From contig CM000150.2 of the NCBI GenBank assembly GCA_000004695.1, positions 2,464,001 to 2,528,000 of the forward strand: a stretch of 64,000 bases of DNA, given 5' to 3'. Positions 1 to 17,001 of this stretch are shown here, piece by piece. This stretch comes from Dictyostelium discoideum (taxonomy: Eukaryota). Positions within the stretch are counted from its first letter, which is position 1. Every line of letters begins with the position of its first letter. Below the pieces are notes generated by a model. The model saw nothing but the letters and a program-made list of their open reading frames with translations, made no database searches and had not been told where the DNA came from. The translations under genes were made by a program, and so were the position numbers.

Positions 1-3000
1 TCTCATCAAATATACCAGAAAAGGTTGGTTTGAATACGAATTGAACCTCTCTCTTTCTGTAGGGTCTAACGATACCCATACGATCTGCATTTTCAATATT
101 TAAATTACCACTAGTGATTGAACCGGATTTCTTAATTCTATAGATCAATGGTACTTGTGAAAGATTATTGATAACCAATGATTTCGTACGATAATCATAT
201 TGAATGATATTACCGAAATTGATATATCTTTGAGCTAAATCCATAATGGATCCACAAACTTTAGTTGATACCATCAATTCTCTAATTGGTGAATCATTGA
301 TCTTTATACCATTCAATGACTCTAATGAAATGAATAATTTAGCTTCCATATTCTTTAGTTTACCACCTAACCAAGGTCTTTTCGTTCCACTAACCTTTGA
401 TACAATAAATATTGTTACCTCTGATTGTTGTTCAATCTCTAATCTATCCAATTTCTTTAATTGACCAGATTGAATAATAGTTTCCAATTTCTTTAATCTA
501 TTAATTTGTGATGTAATATATGAATTTTCACTCTCTAAATCTGTAAATAATGGTGGATTATTATCATATTCAAATGTTTGGATAAATTGAATTAATCCTG
601 ATGATGTTAAAAGATTTGATAAATCAACTTGTTGTTGTTGTTGTTGAATTTGTTGAGATTGTTGTAATTGTGATGATTGTTGTAATTGTAATGATTGTTG
701 TTGTTGTTGTTGCTGTTTGTCATCTTGTAAATTTGAATCATCATCTTTATTTGTTAAAACATTATTTGAAGTATTTATAAATGGTATATTAGTTGCACTA
801 TGACTTGATAAAGAACCTGGTCCAAAACTACCAATATTATTATTACTATTATTTAAAATAATATTATTATTATTATTATTATCTTTACTATCTTTACTAT
901 CTTTACTATTTGAAGAATCAAATGAAGGTGAAGAAGCTCTTGAATTAGTTCTTGAATTTGGATTACTTTGGTCATGACTTGATTGTAATTTTTTCTTTCT
1001 TTCTTGTGCTTGTTGTTGTAATTGTTGTTTATCTTTTGAATCTTGTGATTGTTGTTGTGGTGATTGTTGTTGTGGTGATTGTTGCTTTGGTACTTGTGAC
1101 GATGATGATGATTGTTGTTGTTGTTGTTGTTGCTCTTTATTATCTTTATCTTTTTCTTTTTCTTTTGAAGATTTTGGATTTAATGCTAAATCTAAATATT
1201 GACTATTACCAACTTTATTTGAACCACCAACTACATTTGAATTATCTTTATTTTCATCAAAGAATTTTGAGAGATATTCTTGAAGATTTTGTTTTGTAGT
1301 TGAATTTGCTAATGATTGATTTTGTGATACCAATAATGAGAGTTCTCTCTCCTCTGTATATAATTTAATTTCATCTGGTAAAGAGGTAGAAAGATTTAGA
1401 ACCAATGTACCTTTACTAACATTTTTTATACTAAACGTACGAACGGATGGACAATTTACAATGGTTTCATCGAAATCGATATAACTCTTATTGTATGAAG
1501 TTTCTAGATGATAAAATTTAGAATGAACAGAAACTGAATGTTCATCGATATTATTTGCACGTACCTCTAGGAACTGTTGTTGATCATCCATTATTGGATT
1601 CTTTAAATTGATAAAAGTGATTTGTTTACGATAGTCTGGATTATTTTTACGTGGTAAAAACTCCATTTGTAAATCGTAGGTTTGTTTAGGTGCAATTGAG
1701 AATGTTTGATTCTTGAATGATACAACCTTTGATTGATATCTCAATTGAAGATGAGCTGTTAAATCTGAAAGATTAACCAATTGTATAGTGTATCCTTTGA
1801 TGCTACCGACTGTGCAATCACCCAAATTAATCTCTGATGGTATCTTTACAACCGATGTACAAACTCTACTCGATACACGTATGGTTTTATTCTTTTGTTG
1901 TTGTGTCGATAGCTTACCTCCCAATAATGATTTACCATACTTTAAAAGGATTCTAAAGTTTTTATCATTCAATCTTTGTGATCTTGGATCACTAATTGGG
2001 AATAATGATTTCGGACAATATCTAACACTAATCACTCTTTCTGAACCTGGATTAAGTGTTAACTCTTCAATTCTTTCTTTACCATTTTTAACACCATGAT
2101 TTTGATTTCCTCCGCCTCCCTTTTGATTTGTATTACGTTGGTGATGGTGGTGGTGGTGACCACTACCATGACTTCCAATTGATAATTGACCATTATTAAT
2201 TTTAATTAAATCATCATGACTATCAGATGATCTATGTTCACCAATGGATAACTTTGATTGATTTCCATCTAAATCCTTTTCAGTATCCTCTTCATGAAAA
2301 TGAAAAGTTACTTCATCATCATCATTATTATTATTATTATTACCACCTCTACTACCACTACTAATTGATAAATCACTACTAAAATTAATATCAATTGATT
2401 CTTCTGATATATTCTTTATTGTAAATGTTTGAAAAGTTGCAACATCTGTATAACAATCTCCTAAATCTAAATTATTAGTTGAAACTTGTAATAATTCCTA
2501 TAAAAATAAAATAAAATAAAAAAAATTATTAATAATAAAATTAAGAATTAAATATGTATATATATATATATATATTAAAAGTATTATTTACAATTTGTTG
2601 TTCAGCAGAAACAAAAGAATGAATCATAACAATTTCATAACTATTTGAATCATTCTTATTCTCCAATTTAAATTTATAAGTGAATTGACCAATATTTGTT
2701 GGTTGATAAGTAACTCTAATTGTCATTGATGAATAACTTTGAACAATACTATTATCTCTTGATAATGGTAAACCAGTTGCATAATCTGTGAATTGAAAAT
2801 AGTTTCCAAATTTCTCTTTATAATAAGTTGAGAATCTTAATGGCATTTCACATTTATTCCAAAGTGTTATATCTTTAACATAGGTTTGACCAACTATACA
2901 ATCATCAAAAATTAATTCATTAACATCTAACTTTAATAATGATTTACAAATTCTAATTTGTAAATCAACAATTAATTCCTTTTGTTGTGGTAATATAATC

Positions 3001-3773
3001 AATTCATTATTATCACTAGATTGTTGTGATGATGATGATGATGGTAATAATGGCTCAGCATTAAAATAAATTTTACCTTTAACTTCAAAATAATTATATC
3101 TATCATTCTTTTTATCACCATCTTTTTTTATAATTTCATCTTTATCATTTAATTCTTTATTCTCGTCATTACTTTCTTTTGTTGTATCATTATTATTACT
3201 ATTATTATTATTATTATTATTATCTGTATTACTTTCATTATTTATATTTTCAATTAAATCTATATTTGGTGTTGAACTATCTGTATTATTACCATTATTA
3301 TCTATATTTGATTGGTCATCTTGTATTAATTGTTGTTGTTGTTTTGGTGGTTGTGATAATTGTTGATCAAATGGACGATATGAAATAACTATATTTTTAA
3401 TTTCTTTTGGTGCCAAATTGACTTGATCAATTAAATTCACTTCATTGAATAATTGATTGAAATCATCATCTTGTATTGGTGTTTCATCTGAATCATCTTG
3501 CATATTCTCATTGTTTAATTGGAATGCAACTTGTGGTAAATCTGATTTCAATTTGACTTGTACTGGATAATCAACTGTATTTATTAATTTGAAATTACGA
3601 AGTACATATGTCTCTTTAAGTACAACTTCATTCAATTCTAACTTCGATCCATTTAAACTTGTCTTTATAATTGGTAATATAATATTGTTACTAGTAGCGG
3701 TAGTAGTTGTTGTATTATTGTTGTTGTTTGTAGTAATATTACCACCACTAGTAATATTATTATTATTATCCAT
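1..3773 (-). CDS. Hypothetical poly-Q/poly-N protein. The 5' part of the gene (N-terminus at 3773) lies in the window and the 3' end runs past the window start. Model: complement(join(<1..2497,2592..3773)); more introns may lie downstream
   Basis: ORF track gives 410 aa from an ATG at 3773 (MDNNNNITSGG...). The minus-strand donor GTAAAT and acceptor ATAG bound an 82%-AT intron at about 2498..2591. The frame then continues (ELLQVSTNNLDLGDCYTDVATFQTF...) through (CAA)n tracts at 600-1150 that code poly-Q on the minus strand. I could not verify the frame all the way to position 1. Confidence 0.5.
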
Positions 3774-3957
3774 TTATAATTTCGATTAAATTAAATAATT
3801 TTAATATACATAAATTAAAAAAACAGGTTTATTGACAATACAAATAAAAATAAATAAAAAAAAAAATATATAATATAATATAATATAAAAAAAAGTATAA
3901 AAAAAAAAATTTAAAAAATTTAAAAAAATGAAAAATGGGAAAAATTGTTTTTTTTTT

Positions 3958-3991
<34 letters not shown>

Positions 3992-4311
3992 CAATTTATA
4001 ATATTACATATATAAAAATAATATTCATACTCATTGCTGGGTTTTATAAAAAAATAAAAATAAAATAATAAAAAAAAATGAAAATAAAATAATTTTTAAA
4101 GTTTTATTATTGATTATGGAAATTTAATTATAAAGATATTTTTTTATTCAATTTATTTTTTAAATTTTTAATTTTTATTATTTATTTGTTTTTTAAATTT
4201 TTTGGAACATCAATGAAATCCAAAAATAAAAAATGTATTACATAATAAAATAAATAAATAAAATAAAAATAAAAAAAAAAAAAAAGTACGGTTTAACGAG
4301 TCCGTTTGTTC

Positions 4312-4351
<40 letters not shown>

Positions 4352-4481
4352 ATTTTTTTAAATTTTTTTTTTTTTTTTAAAAAAAATTTGCTCACGCTTT
4401 TTTTTTTTTTTTTTTTTATTTATTTATTTTTTTTTTTTCGTTTTTTACCTCTTTCACAAATACATAATCTCTTTTTTGAAA

Positions 4482-4720
4482 ATGTCCGAAAGTAAGTTAC
4501 ATTATATTTTTAAGTAATACAATATAAAAAAAAAAAAATTAAAAAATAATAAAATTAAAAATAATGTAACTTGTCTAATTTTTTTTTTTTTTTTTCCCAC
4601 TCTTTTTTTTTTTTTTTATTTAAAGATAACGAAATTGAAATGGAACTCCCATTTGACTCATCTGCAATTACTTCAACAGAAGTTTTAGACAGAGTTAATG
4701 CTTTACTCACTCTCCAAGTA

Positions 4721-4770
<50 letters not shown>

Positions 4771-5686
4771 CTAAAAAAAATAATAAATATTAACATTTAT
4801 ATATATATTTTATTTAAAATAGGATACACAAAATGAATTAACGGAACAAATGGAAAAAGAAATTTTAGAAATTGAAAAGAAATATTTAAAAAAATTCCAA
4901 CCACTCGCAGAAAAGAGATTTGAAATTGTATCAGGTAAAGTTGAACCAACCAAAGAAGATCAACAATGTAAAGCACCAATTCAAGTTGAAAACCTTAAAT
5001 CTGTTCCAACCGATAAAGGTATTCCAAAGTTCTGGTTACATGTCTTACAAAACACCGAAGTCAAAGATATCATTGAAGAATGTGATATTGAAGCTTTAGA
5101 GTATTTAGTTGATATTAAAATCGTTCAAGTCGGTGACGCACAAGACTACTCATTAGATTTCCACTTTAGTGAAAATCCATTCTTCACCAACACTGTCATC
5201 TCCAAAACCGTCAAACTCGAAGAAGATAACGAATTAAATGAAATCGTCTCAACCCCAATCAATTGGAAAGATGGTAAAAACTTTACCGTTCAATCAAAGA
5301 AGAAAACTGTTAAATCAAAACCAACCAAAGGTAAAGCTGCCACCACCACCTCTACCACCGTTCAAGAGGTCGTCCCATGTTTCTTTAGCACCTTTGTCTC
5401 ACCAAACCAAGATCCAACCAGTGATGAAGAAGCTGATGAAATCATGTACATCCAATACCAAATTATCGCCAAATTAAAGGATATCGTTATCCCAGAAGCC
5501 GTTAACTTCTTTTTAGGTCGTGCTTCAGATGCCGAAGAAAACGATTATGACTTTGGTGAAGATTTCGAAGATGAAGAAGGTGAAGATGATGATGAAGAAG
5601 ATGATGAAGAAGAACAAACCATTAAAAAACCATCAGGTAAAGGTAAAGCTCAACCACAACAACCACAAGATTGTAAACAACAATAA
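4482..5686 (+). CDS. Nucleosome assembly protein 1 (NAP family): join(4482..4491,4626..4717,4823..5686)
   Basis: Exon 1 is ATGTCCGAAA followed by GTAAGT. Exon 2 ends CAA followed by GTAAGT, and exon 3 begins after AAAATAG. The spliced protein is MSENNEIEMELPFDSS...LTLQDTQNELTEQMEKEILEIEKKYLKKFQPLAEKRFEIV...GIPKFWLHVLQ...DFHFSENPFFTN..., which carries classic NAP1 motifs and an acidic DE-rich C-terminal tail. Confidence 0.85.
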
Positions 5687-6066
5687 ATTTAATGGTTGAA
5701 AAAAAAAAAAGAAAAAAAAATATGTTATACTTTTATCATTGAAAAAAAAAAAAAAAAACCTTTTAAAAAAAAAATAAAAAAAAAAAAAATTATTAAAAAA
5801 AAAAAAAGACAAATAATATTAATTAAAAATTTATTTATTTATATATTTATTGATCTCTTAAAATCCAAATTCTATTTTTAATTCCATTGAAATTATCCTG
5901 AAATTTATCTTTTTTTTCATTTTTTTTTTTTATATTTTATTTTTTATTTTTTTTTTATAATTTTTTTTTTTAAAAAACTCAATTTCAATTTTTTTTTTAA
6001 TTTTCATTTTTTTTTTTTTTTTTTTTGCAGGTAACCACCTTTTTAAAATAATAAAATAACCAAAAC

Positions 6067-6623
6067 ATGGAACAATTAAAAGAAGGAAATTCTTATTTTG
6101 TAGATGAACAATATGATGAAGCATTGAAATGTTATGATAAAGCTTGTTTAGAATTATCAAATAATGCAGAGGCATTCTTTAAAAGATCTCAATGTCATTC
6201 AAAATTATCAAATTTAAAAGAGGCTTTATCTGACATTAATACTTCAATTAAATTAGATTCAAATAATTCAAAATATTATCTCAAAAAAGGGTAAGTATTT
6301 TTTTTTTTTTTTTTTTTTTTCTCTCTTCAACCAATTTAATTAATTAATTTCTTTCTTAATAAAAAATATAGTCAACTTTGTTTTGAATTAGAGGAATTTG
6401 ATACAGCATTAAAAACATTTGAAAAAGGTCAATCAATTGATTCAGAAAATTCTTCATTTAAAACTTGGATTAGAAAATCTAAAGCAGAAATTCAATCAAA
6501 CCCAACAACTACAACTACAACCACACCAACTCCAACACCAACACCAACCCCAGCACCACAACCAGTTACAACAACAACAAATCCAACACCAATTCCAACT
6601 ACCTCAAATACTACTACTACTAC

Positions 6624-6680
<57 letters not shown>

Positions 6681-7311
6681 AACAACAGATTCTACAACTA
6701 CAAAATTACCAATACCATCATCAGGTAATAAAGTTAGACATGAATGGTATCAAACTGAAACACATGTTGTATTAACAATTTTTGCAAAATTTGTAACAGC
6801 ATCAAATTCAAAGATTAATCTCACCTCAAAATCTGTAAATATATCATTCCCATTAGCAAATGGTAGTGAATTCTTATTTGAAATGGATTTATTCGACCCA
6901 ATTGTTGATAAGGATAGTACAATTCATTATTATTCAACAAAAGTTGAAATTAAAATGAAGAAATCAAGAGCAATCAAATGGGATACCCTTGAATTCACAG
7001 ATAAATCAGGTCCAGTGGGTTTAATGGATCAAATTAGTTCCTCTCCAGCCGTACCATCACCATACGCCTCTAAAAAGGATTGGGATAAACTTCCAAATGA
7101 ACCAGAGGAGAAATTAGAGGGTGATCAAGCATTAAATAAAATTTTTAGAGATATCTTTTCCAAAGGTTCAGAAGATCAACAAAGAGCAATGATGAAATCT
7201 TTCACAGAATCTGGTGGTACTGTTTTATCAACAAATTGGGATGAAGTTGGTTCTAAAAAGGTTGTTGGTGAACCACCAAAAGGACTCGAATTTAAACAAT
7301 ATGAAAAATAA
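6067..7311 (+). CDS. SGT1 homolog (TPR + CS + SGS domains): join(6067..6290,6372..7311)
   Basis: Exon 1 (MEQLKEGNSYFVDEQYDEALKCYDKA...KYYLKKG) ends in GG followed by GTAAGT. Exon 2 follows AATATAG and runs in frame through a TPR continuation, a (Thr/Pro/Asn)-rich linker, a CS-like region (VRHEWYQTETHVVLTIFAK...) and the SGS-domain signature (KDWDKLPNEPEEKLEGDQALNKIFRDIFSKGSEDQQRAMMKSFTESGGTVLSTNWDEV). Confidence 0.8.
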
Positions 7312-7376
7312 AATAACCTAGGAATAAATAAATAGAATTAGACGATGATAATTTTAGTTTAATTATGTAAAAATAG

Positions 7377-7411
<35 letters not shown>

Positions 7412-7480
7412 AAAAGTTTTGTAGGGTCTTTTTTTTTTTTTTTTTTTTTGTCTTTCATTTGTTTTTTTTATTTTTATATT

Positions 7481-10033
<2,553 letters not shown>

Positions 10034-10746
10034 ATTGTGTGTGTGATCACTTTTTTTTTAATTGATTTTATAAATATGTGTTATCTTTTATTATATGTAA
10101 CTCTTCATTTTTTCAATAAAAAAAAAAAAAATTAAAAAAAAAAATATTAATGTGTCGTGTGTGTTTTTTTTTTTTATTTTTTTTATTTTTTTTTATTTTT
10201 ATTTTTTTTTTTTTGTAAAAAAAAAAAGAATGGAAAGTTTTTACTGGTTTTAATAATTTTGTAAAATAAAAATAAATAAATATTATCTTAATCCAACTAT
10301 TTTTTTTTTTTTTTTTTTACCAATATATTAAAATAAAAGATAGTCTTTAATTAAAATTTTTTTTCACTAAAAAAGAATTAAAGATATTTAAAAGAAATTG
10401 AAAAAAAATATTAATAAAATAAAAAAAAATTATAAAATCTGAAATCTATTTTTTTTTTTTGTGTGGGATTTTTTGTTCAATGTAGATATGACATTATAAT
10501 AATTTAATTTATTTTTGCCTATCTACAAAACCCATTTTTTTTTTTTTCAAAACATTTCAAATAAAATCCACTAATTTTAATTTTTTTTCTTCCAGATATT
10601 TTCATTCATTTTAGTTTTTTAACTGATTTTAAATTTTTATGAAATTTTTTTTTTTATTTTGTTTTTTTATTTTATTTTTTCCTCATTTTTTTTTATTTTA
10701 TTTTTCTGCAGGGAACCAATCATAAATAAATAGTTTTTTTAAAAAA

Positions 10747-12080
10747 ATGGAAAGAGTTAATGAACCCCTTTTAGGAGGTGATTCAAGAACAAGAAATAAC
10801 CCAATTTTAAATAGTGTAATGTTGGGTTGTGCAATGTTTTTTATATTATTTTTCAATATTGTAAATATTAATAAATAAATCTTGAAAAAAAAAAAAAAAA
10901 AAAAAAGTGATCAAAACAATTTTTAACTAATTTTTTTTAAAAAAAAAAAAAAAAATTTGAAAAAGGCAACACCAAATACATTATCATCAGATGTTGAAGG
11001 AATTTTCATTTATTTAGTATATATTGCTGCAATTTTAGGAGCACCATTAATAATTACAAGAATTCGTGAAAAATTATCAATGTTAATATCAATTATTATA
11101 TTCTTTATAACATTCCTTATTTTTATATATGCATCATCAGCTGATCTTGTTTCAGTAATCTTATCACCATTTGCATTAGAATTATTATGGATTTCAGTTG
11201 GTTCTTTTATTTTTTATATCTCTGATAAATCAAATATTGGTTTAAACTTTGGTATAGTAAGTTTGGAAAATACATTATATAATAATTATTAATGATTTAT
11301 TAATTTTTTTTTTTTTTTAAAAAAAAATAGTTTTTTTCAGTTTATGAACTTTTACAAGGATTATTCTTTTTAACATTAAATGATGTTCAAATTAATAATA
11401 GTACAGGATTTATAATAATGTTTATAATATTTTTTATTGTTGGAATATTATTAATATTATTCTTAGGTAATCCAAGTAGAATTAGAGGTGATGGTTTGGG
11501 CTCTGATTTAGTTGAAGAATTGATTTCACCATTTAAAGTAATGTTTGATTTAAAATTCCTATTTATAATTCCATCAATTATTTTCATTGGTTTTTCAAGT
11601 GAATTTGGTATTACTGGAGTTGCAAATGTTAATCAATACGTTTACTTTGGCACAAATCTTGTTGTTAGTTCATTGACACCAGTGATTGTCGGTTTCCTAT
11701 TTGACAGATTAAAGAAAATGTTTGTAGTGATCATATTACTAATTATGGGAATTTTAGCGATTATTACATCACATATATTCGTTTATGATAGTGATGAAGA
11801 TCAAAATCACACTAGTTACTATTATGTGGCCGCTGTAACTTATACGATCCTAAAATGTGGTTTAACAGTATTCGTTTATGCATTAGTTGGTTATTTATAT
11901 CAAAAGAAACCATTACCTTCAAATGCTGCAATTCAATTTATATTTGTAACTGGTTTAGTTTTAGCTTTTATCTTTTCTTATTTCATTTCAAATTTCTATG
12001 TAGGATTTTATGTTTTAACAGCATTATTAGTTATTGCTTGTATTTTATTATTATATTTAACTAAAAAACATGACTTATAA
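10747..12080 (+). CDS. Polytopic membrane protein (MFS/UNC93-like?): approx join(10747..10860,10966..11256,11331..12080)
   Basis: Exon 1 ATG at 10747 (MERVNEPLLGGDSRTRNNPILNSVMLGCAMFFILFFNI) is followed by a GTAAAT donor. Exon 2 after AAAAAG (ATPNTLSSDVEGIFIYLVYIAAILGAPLIITRI...) ends at a GTAAGT donor. Exon 3 follows an AATAG or TTTCAG acceptor (the exact acceptor is ambiguous) and codes a run of hydrophobic helices ending ...LLLYLTKKHDL*. It is highly hydrophobic with many predicted transmembrane spans. Confidence 0.5.
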
Positions 12081-12435
12081 AGTTAAAAAAAAAAAAACCA
12101 AAAAACTAAAAATAGATTTTTTTTTTTTTTTTTTTTTTTTAATTACTGATTGTATTTAAAAAAAAAAAAAAATAAAAAAAAAACTAAAAAAGAAAAATAA
12201 ATAAAAATAAAATATAATAATCTAGATTTTTAAAATAATCCAAACATTATATTATTTAAAAAAAAAAAAATTTTTAGAATTTAAAATAAAAAAAAGATAT
12301 ATAAAAAAGTGATTGATTTTCTTTTTTTTTTTTTTTTTTTTTTTTTTATTATATTGATTTATTTTATTTCATTTTTTAATTTTTTTTTTTTTTTTTTTTT
12401 TTTGATATAGAACTTTGTTTTTTTATTTCTTTTTT

Positions 12436-12466
<31 letters not shown>

Positions 12467-12606
12467 TTTCTTCTTTTTTATATTTGAATTTTGTATTTGT
12501 GTTTTTATACTTTTTTTCTTTTCTTTTCTTTTTTTTTTTTTTTAAATTGGATAATATTAAAAAAAAAAAAAAAAAAGTGTAAAATTATAATAGTATTTTT
12601 TTTTTT

Positions 12607-13532
12607 TTATAAAGATACAGGTGGTTCACATTTTAATGAATTATTTTTAATTAATTCATCATCGAATAATTCAGAAGGTGGTTTAGTTAAAACCTTTTGA
12701 ATTGAAGGAATTGGTCTGAAACAATGAGATTGAAGTTGTTGAGATTGTAAAATCTTTCTTGATAATTGACGATAATGGAAAAAGTTAACGATACCACCTG
12801 GTAAAAGACGTGGTGAACTTGTTTCAATAAAAGATAATTCGTCCAATAATAAATGAATATTTGGAATGCAAGGTGGTTTAGCATCTGGTAATAACTCTCT
12901 ATACTTTTTATGATCATTCTCTTTGGAAACGATTGATTTCAAATGTTCAAAAGTGGCAAGATTTCTTTGGGAAACGTTTCTCCAAGTGTCTGACAAACGT
13001 TCGATAGATTGGTCTACCAAAGGCTCGACAATGGAGAAAACCGCAGCATAATCGTTATTGGCCAAACATTTCTCTGCGGCCTCAATGAAACGTTCGATTG
13101 TAGCAACTCTTTTTTGAAGTTTAGTTTGTTTTAAAATCTCTGTTGAAACGAAACGAGCGAGATTATTACATTTTCTAACGAATTTATGAATGTTTTCAGC
13201 TGGTACAACCTCGACGAATGAAGTACCAACATATGGTGTAGTTGTTGATTCTTCGCCACATTTCTCCCAAATATATTCAATAAATTCTCTAGCTTTAATA
13301 CGATTAAAGTAAAAACTATTAATAATTGTAATTTGACGTGCCAACTCTGTACTATGAATATCTTTTACATCCAAATATTCACTAGTAGTTGGTGGTGGTA
13401 TAATACTAACTGGATATGGTTCCTCACCATTACCAATACCATTTGATGTTACCAATACACTATATCTATTATTACCATTTTGAAGCATCATTTTTGATTG
13501 ATTTGCTGCCGCAATATTTATTATATTTAATC

Positions 13533-13622
<90 letters not shown>

Positions 13623-16100
13623 TACTACTACTATTTACACTATTATTATTATTTATATTATTTATATTATTTACAGGGTTATTATTATTATTATTATTAT
13701 TATTTATAAAATCGGAAGGACTATTAATTTGAATTAATAATTCTAATTCTGAACGTTTTTTTTGTAATTCAGTCATTAGCTTTGGATCGATTAATAATTC
13801 ATTATTACTTATTGTTGTACCTAAAAGTAAAGCTGTACTTGAGTTTTGTTGAGCAGAGATTTTATCAAATTCATTTAAATTATCTTCCATTGCTTCCTCG
13901 AGGAAATCTTGTGGATAATAGTCGATCCAACGTTTAAAGAAAATGATAACACGTAATTGAATCACTCTTTGTACCTTTTTCCAACCATTGATATCATTGG
14001 TAAAGTTATCGGGTGAATTGGCGATATAACGTGATAATAAGAGTTCAAAGATTTGTTGTGGTGGTGCAAAACAACGATATGCCAATAGGAAATCTTGAAT
14101 GTATGATGTATCATAGTAGTAATCAGAGGTTGCACGTTCAATCATCTTTGTGATATGACTTGTCAATGCTGCATAGCATGGTCCTTGTTTTCTCTTTAAT
14201 GTTTGGTATCCAACATGTTTTGGTTTTGCTGCAATCTTCCAAATTGAATCACTTGGTTTATGTGGTCTAGATTGAATTGGTGAGGTTGGTGGTGGTGTTG
14301 TTGATAATTGACCATCAACCAAATTCAATTCCATAGATTTCCTATGAAGTGACATTGTATTTCTTCTAGATTGTGCTAATGATACTAATTGCGATCCTTG
14401 TGGTGGTGTTGATGGTGATGAATTATTACTTCCACCTGATGATGATAAATTAATTTGTTGAATACCTGTTGTAATATCTGGTGAGATATTACTAATATTA
14501 TTATTATTATTGTTATTGTTATTGCTATTATTTGGCGAGAATGAAATATTTGGAGTTTGAATAATTGGTGTTTGAATAGTTGGTGTTGAAACTACTGCTG
14601 CTGCAGCTGCGGCGGCGGCGGCGGCTGCGGCTGCAGCTGCAGTTGCTACCTTTAAGTTATTTTGACAAACTTTTAATTGAGATAAAATTTCATCAAACTT
14701 TGGTCTAGTTAATGGTTCATAAAGACAACATTCAACGCATACTGAAATTAATTCAGATGGACATCCTGGTATTGATTTTTGTTTTAATTCTTCTGGATTA
14801 ATATCAAAACATGTCTCTGGTGATCTAACCCATAAATCTACACCTGGTTTTCTTCCAGTAATTAATTCTGCTAAAACGACACCATATGAAAATACATCAC
14901 ATGATGTGTCATAACTCATACCCAATAAAATTTCCTAATTTCAAAAAAAAAAAATAAATATTAAAAAAAAAAAAAAAATAATAATAAAAAAAAATAAAAG
15001 AAGAAAGTTAATAATTATAATAATAATAATAATAATAATAAAAATAATAATAAATAAAAAAAAAAAAATAAAAACAATCTCGATTAAATTCGATTCGATT
15101 TTCGATTGGATTTTTTTTTAAAAAAAAAAATAAAAATATGGCTTATACTAAAATATCTTTCGAGCCATTTAAAAAAAAAATCTGTCCAAAAAAAAAAAAA
15201 AAAAAAATGAAAATTTTGGAATACTCACTGGTGCAACCCAACCTTCAGTACCGCACATAGTCATATGTCTTGATTTTTTTGTTTGTTCGCTCATTCTAGC
15301 AAAACCGACTATAGTTTTGTGGGAAAAGAAAAAAAAAAAAAAAAAAAAAAGTTAGAAATGAAATAAAAAAAAAAAAAAAAAAAAAAAACAATCTAAAAAT
15401 ATACTTACAATCACATAAACGGATTCTTTGAAATTCATCCAACTATTGAATAAAATAAAAAAAATAAGAATGTTAGATAATTTTATTATTATTATATATT
15501 TTTTTTTTTTCTTTACATACCAAAATATTTTTTGATTTTAAATCTCTATGAATAATTTTCTTGGCATGTAAAAATACCATTGCCTTTGCTAAATCTACTG
15601 CAATTGATACACGTTTATCCCAACCAATTGGTGGTGTTTTCTTTAAAAGTTGTCTTACATCACCACCTGATACAAATTCTGTTACAATATATAATCCACT
15701 TGAGTGAACACAAATACCTGAGAAATTAACAATGAATGGATGTCTTAATGATCTATTTATTATTGTGAAAAATCAAAATCAAAATCAAAATCAAAATCAA
15801 AATCAAAAAAATAAAAAGAAAAAAAAGGGTGTCAGAAAAGCAAATAAATTTTTTTTTTTTATACTGAAAAAAAAAAAAAAAAAATACTTACTGAAGCATC
15901 GAAACTTCTCTATCAATATATTTGAGATATTCAGGGTCGTCAGCTTTTTCAATTTTTTTAATTGCAACATCTAAACCTAAATAACATCCTCTAAATACTG
16001 AACCAAAACTTCCTTTGCCAATTTTTTCATTGAATTCTAAACTCTCAAATGGTATATCCCAAATTGCCTGTGTTGGTAAGCCTGGATCTGCTTCTGCCAT
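12607..16100 (-). CDS. Protein kinase (TKL-like) + RasGEF-N + RasGEF (CDC25) fusion protein: complement(join(12607..14934,15229..15308,15409..15442,15521..15752,15892..16100))
   Basis: Exon 1 starts MAEADPGLPTQAIWDIPFESLEFNEKIGKGSFGSVFRGCYLGLDVAIKK (Gly loop and VAIK). The next exons code the HRDLKSKNILL, DFGFAR and GTEGWVAPE motifs, split by short introns with GTAAGT, GTATGT and GTGAGT donors. The last 772-aa exon continues DVFSYGVVLAELITGRKP, then poly-Ala/poly-Asn linkers, then RasGEF N-terminal and catalytic motifs (ELARQITIINSFYFNRIK...PCIPNIHLLLDELSFIE). The domain order resembles Dictyostelium RasGEFs that carry a kinase (possibly gefX-like), but I do not recognise the locus itself. 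Confidence 0.8.
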
Positions 16101-16665
16101 TCTTTATTTTATTTTTATTTTTTTACTTTATTTATATATATATAAATTTATTTATTATTATTATTATTATTAATACTACAAATTTATTATTGTACAAAAA
16201 AAAAAAAGATGGTTATTTTATTGAAAAAAAAAGAAAATAAAAATTAAAAATTAAAAAAAAAAAAAAAAAGCAATCTTTATAAAATGTGTGAGAGGTGTGG
16301 TTTTTTTTTTTTTTTTTTTTTTATTATTTTTTTATTTTTTTATTATTTTTTTATTATTTTTTGTGTTTTGTGGTTGATAAGAATAAAATAATCTTTTAAT
16401 TTAGATTAATTATTCTGTTGTGTGTGTGAGTTTTCTATTTTTACTATTTTACAACAATGGAAAAGGAAAAAATAATACAACAAAAAAAAAATAAGAAAAC
16501 TTTTTTTTTTTTTTTTTTTGACAACTTTATTATTGTGAAAATTTATATTTATCTATATGATGATAAAATTTGTTTAAAAATTTATAATAAAGGTTGTTGG
16601 TGGGCATGCGATATTTTTGAAAAAAAAAAAAAAAAAAAAAAAAATTAAAAAAAAAAAAAAAAAAC

Positions 16666-16705
<40 letters not shown>

Positions 16706-16967
16706 TTTTTTTTTTGGTTTTGGTTATATTTTATTGGCTAATATATCGATGTTTAAAAGAAATTAAAATGCCAATCGTGAACCATTGTCCTGTATAATTG
16801 TTTTTTGGCTCAAAAGTTTCCCTTTTTTTTTTTTTTTTTTATATATATGTTTAGATTTGATTTTTTGGGGGTGTGAATTTATAAATGTGAAAAAAAATAT
16901 AAAATATAAAAATAAATTTAAAAATAAAAATAAAAATATAAATAAAAATAAGGCGAAATATCAAAAA

Positions 16968-17001
<34 letters not shown>

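Noticed and set aside
4210-4395. Poly-Lys or poly-Phe small ORFs in intergenic A/T homopolymer runs (4210..4395, 4571..4768 in part, 5696..5881, 5930..6175, 15732..15974, 16049..17313, 26628..26831, 32826..33011, 35171..35467)
   Set aside because: They are low-complexity translations of poly(A)/poly(T) intergenic or intronic DNA. ORF 4571..4768 overlaps NAP1 exon 2 but is otherwise an intron read-through.
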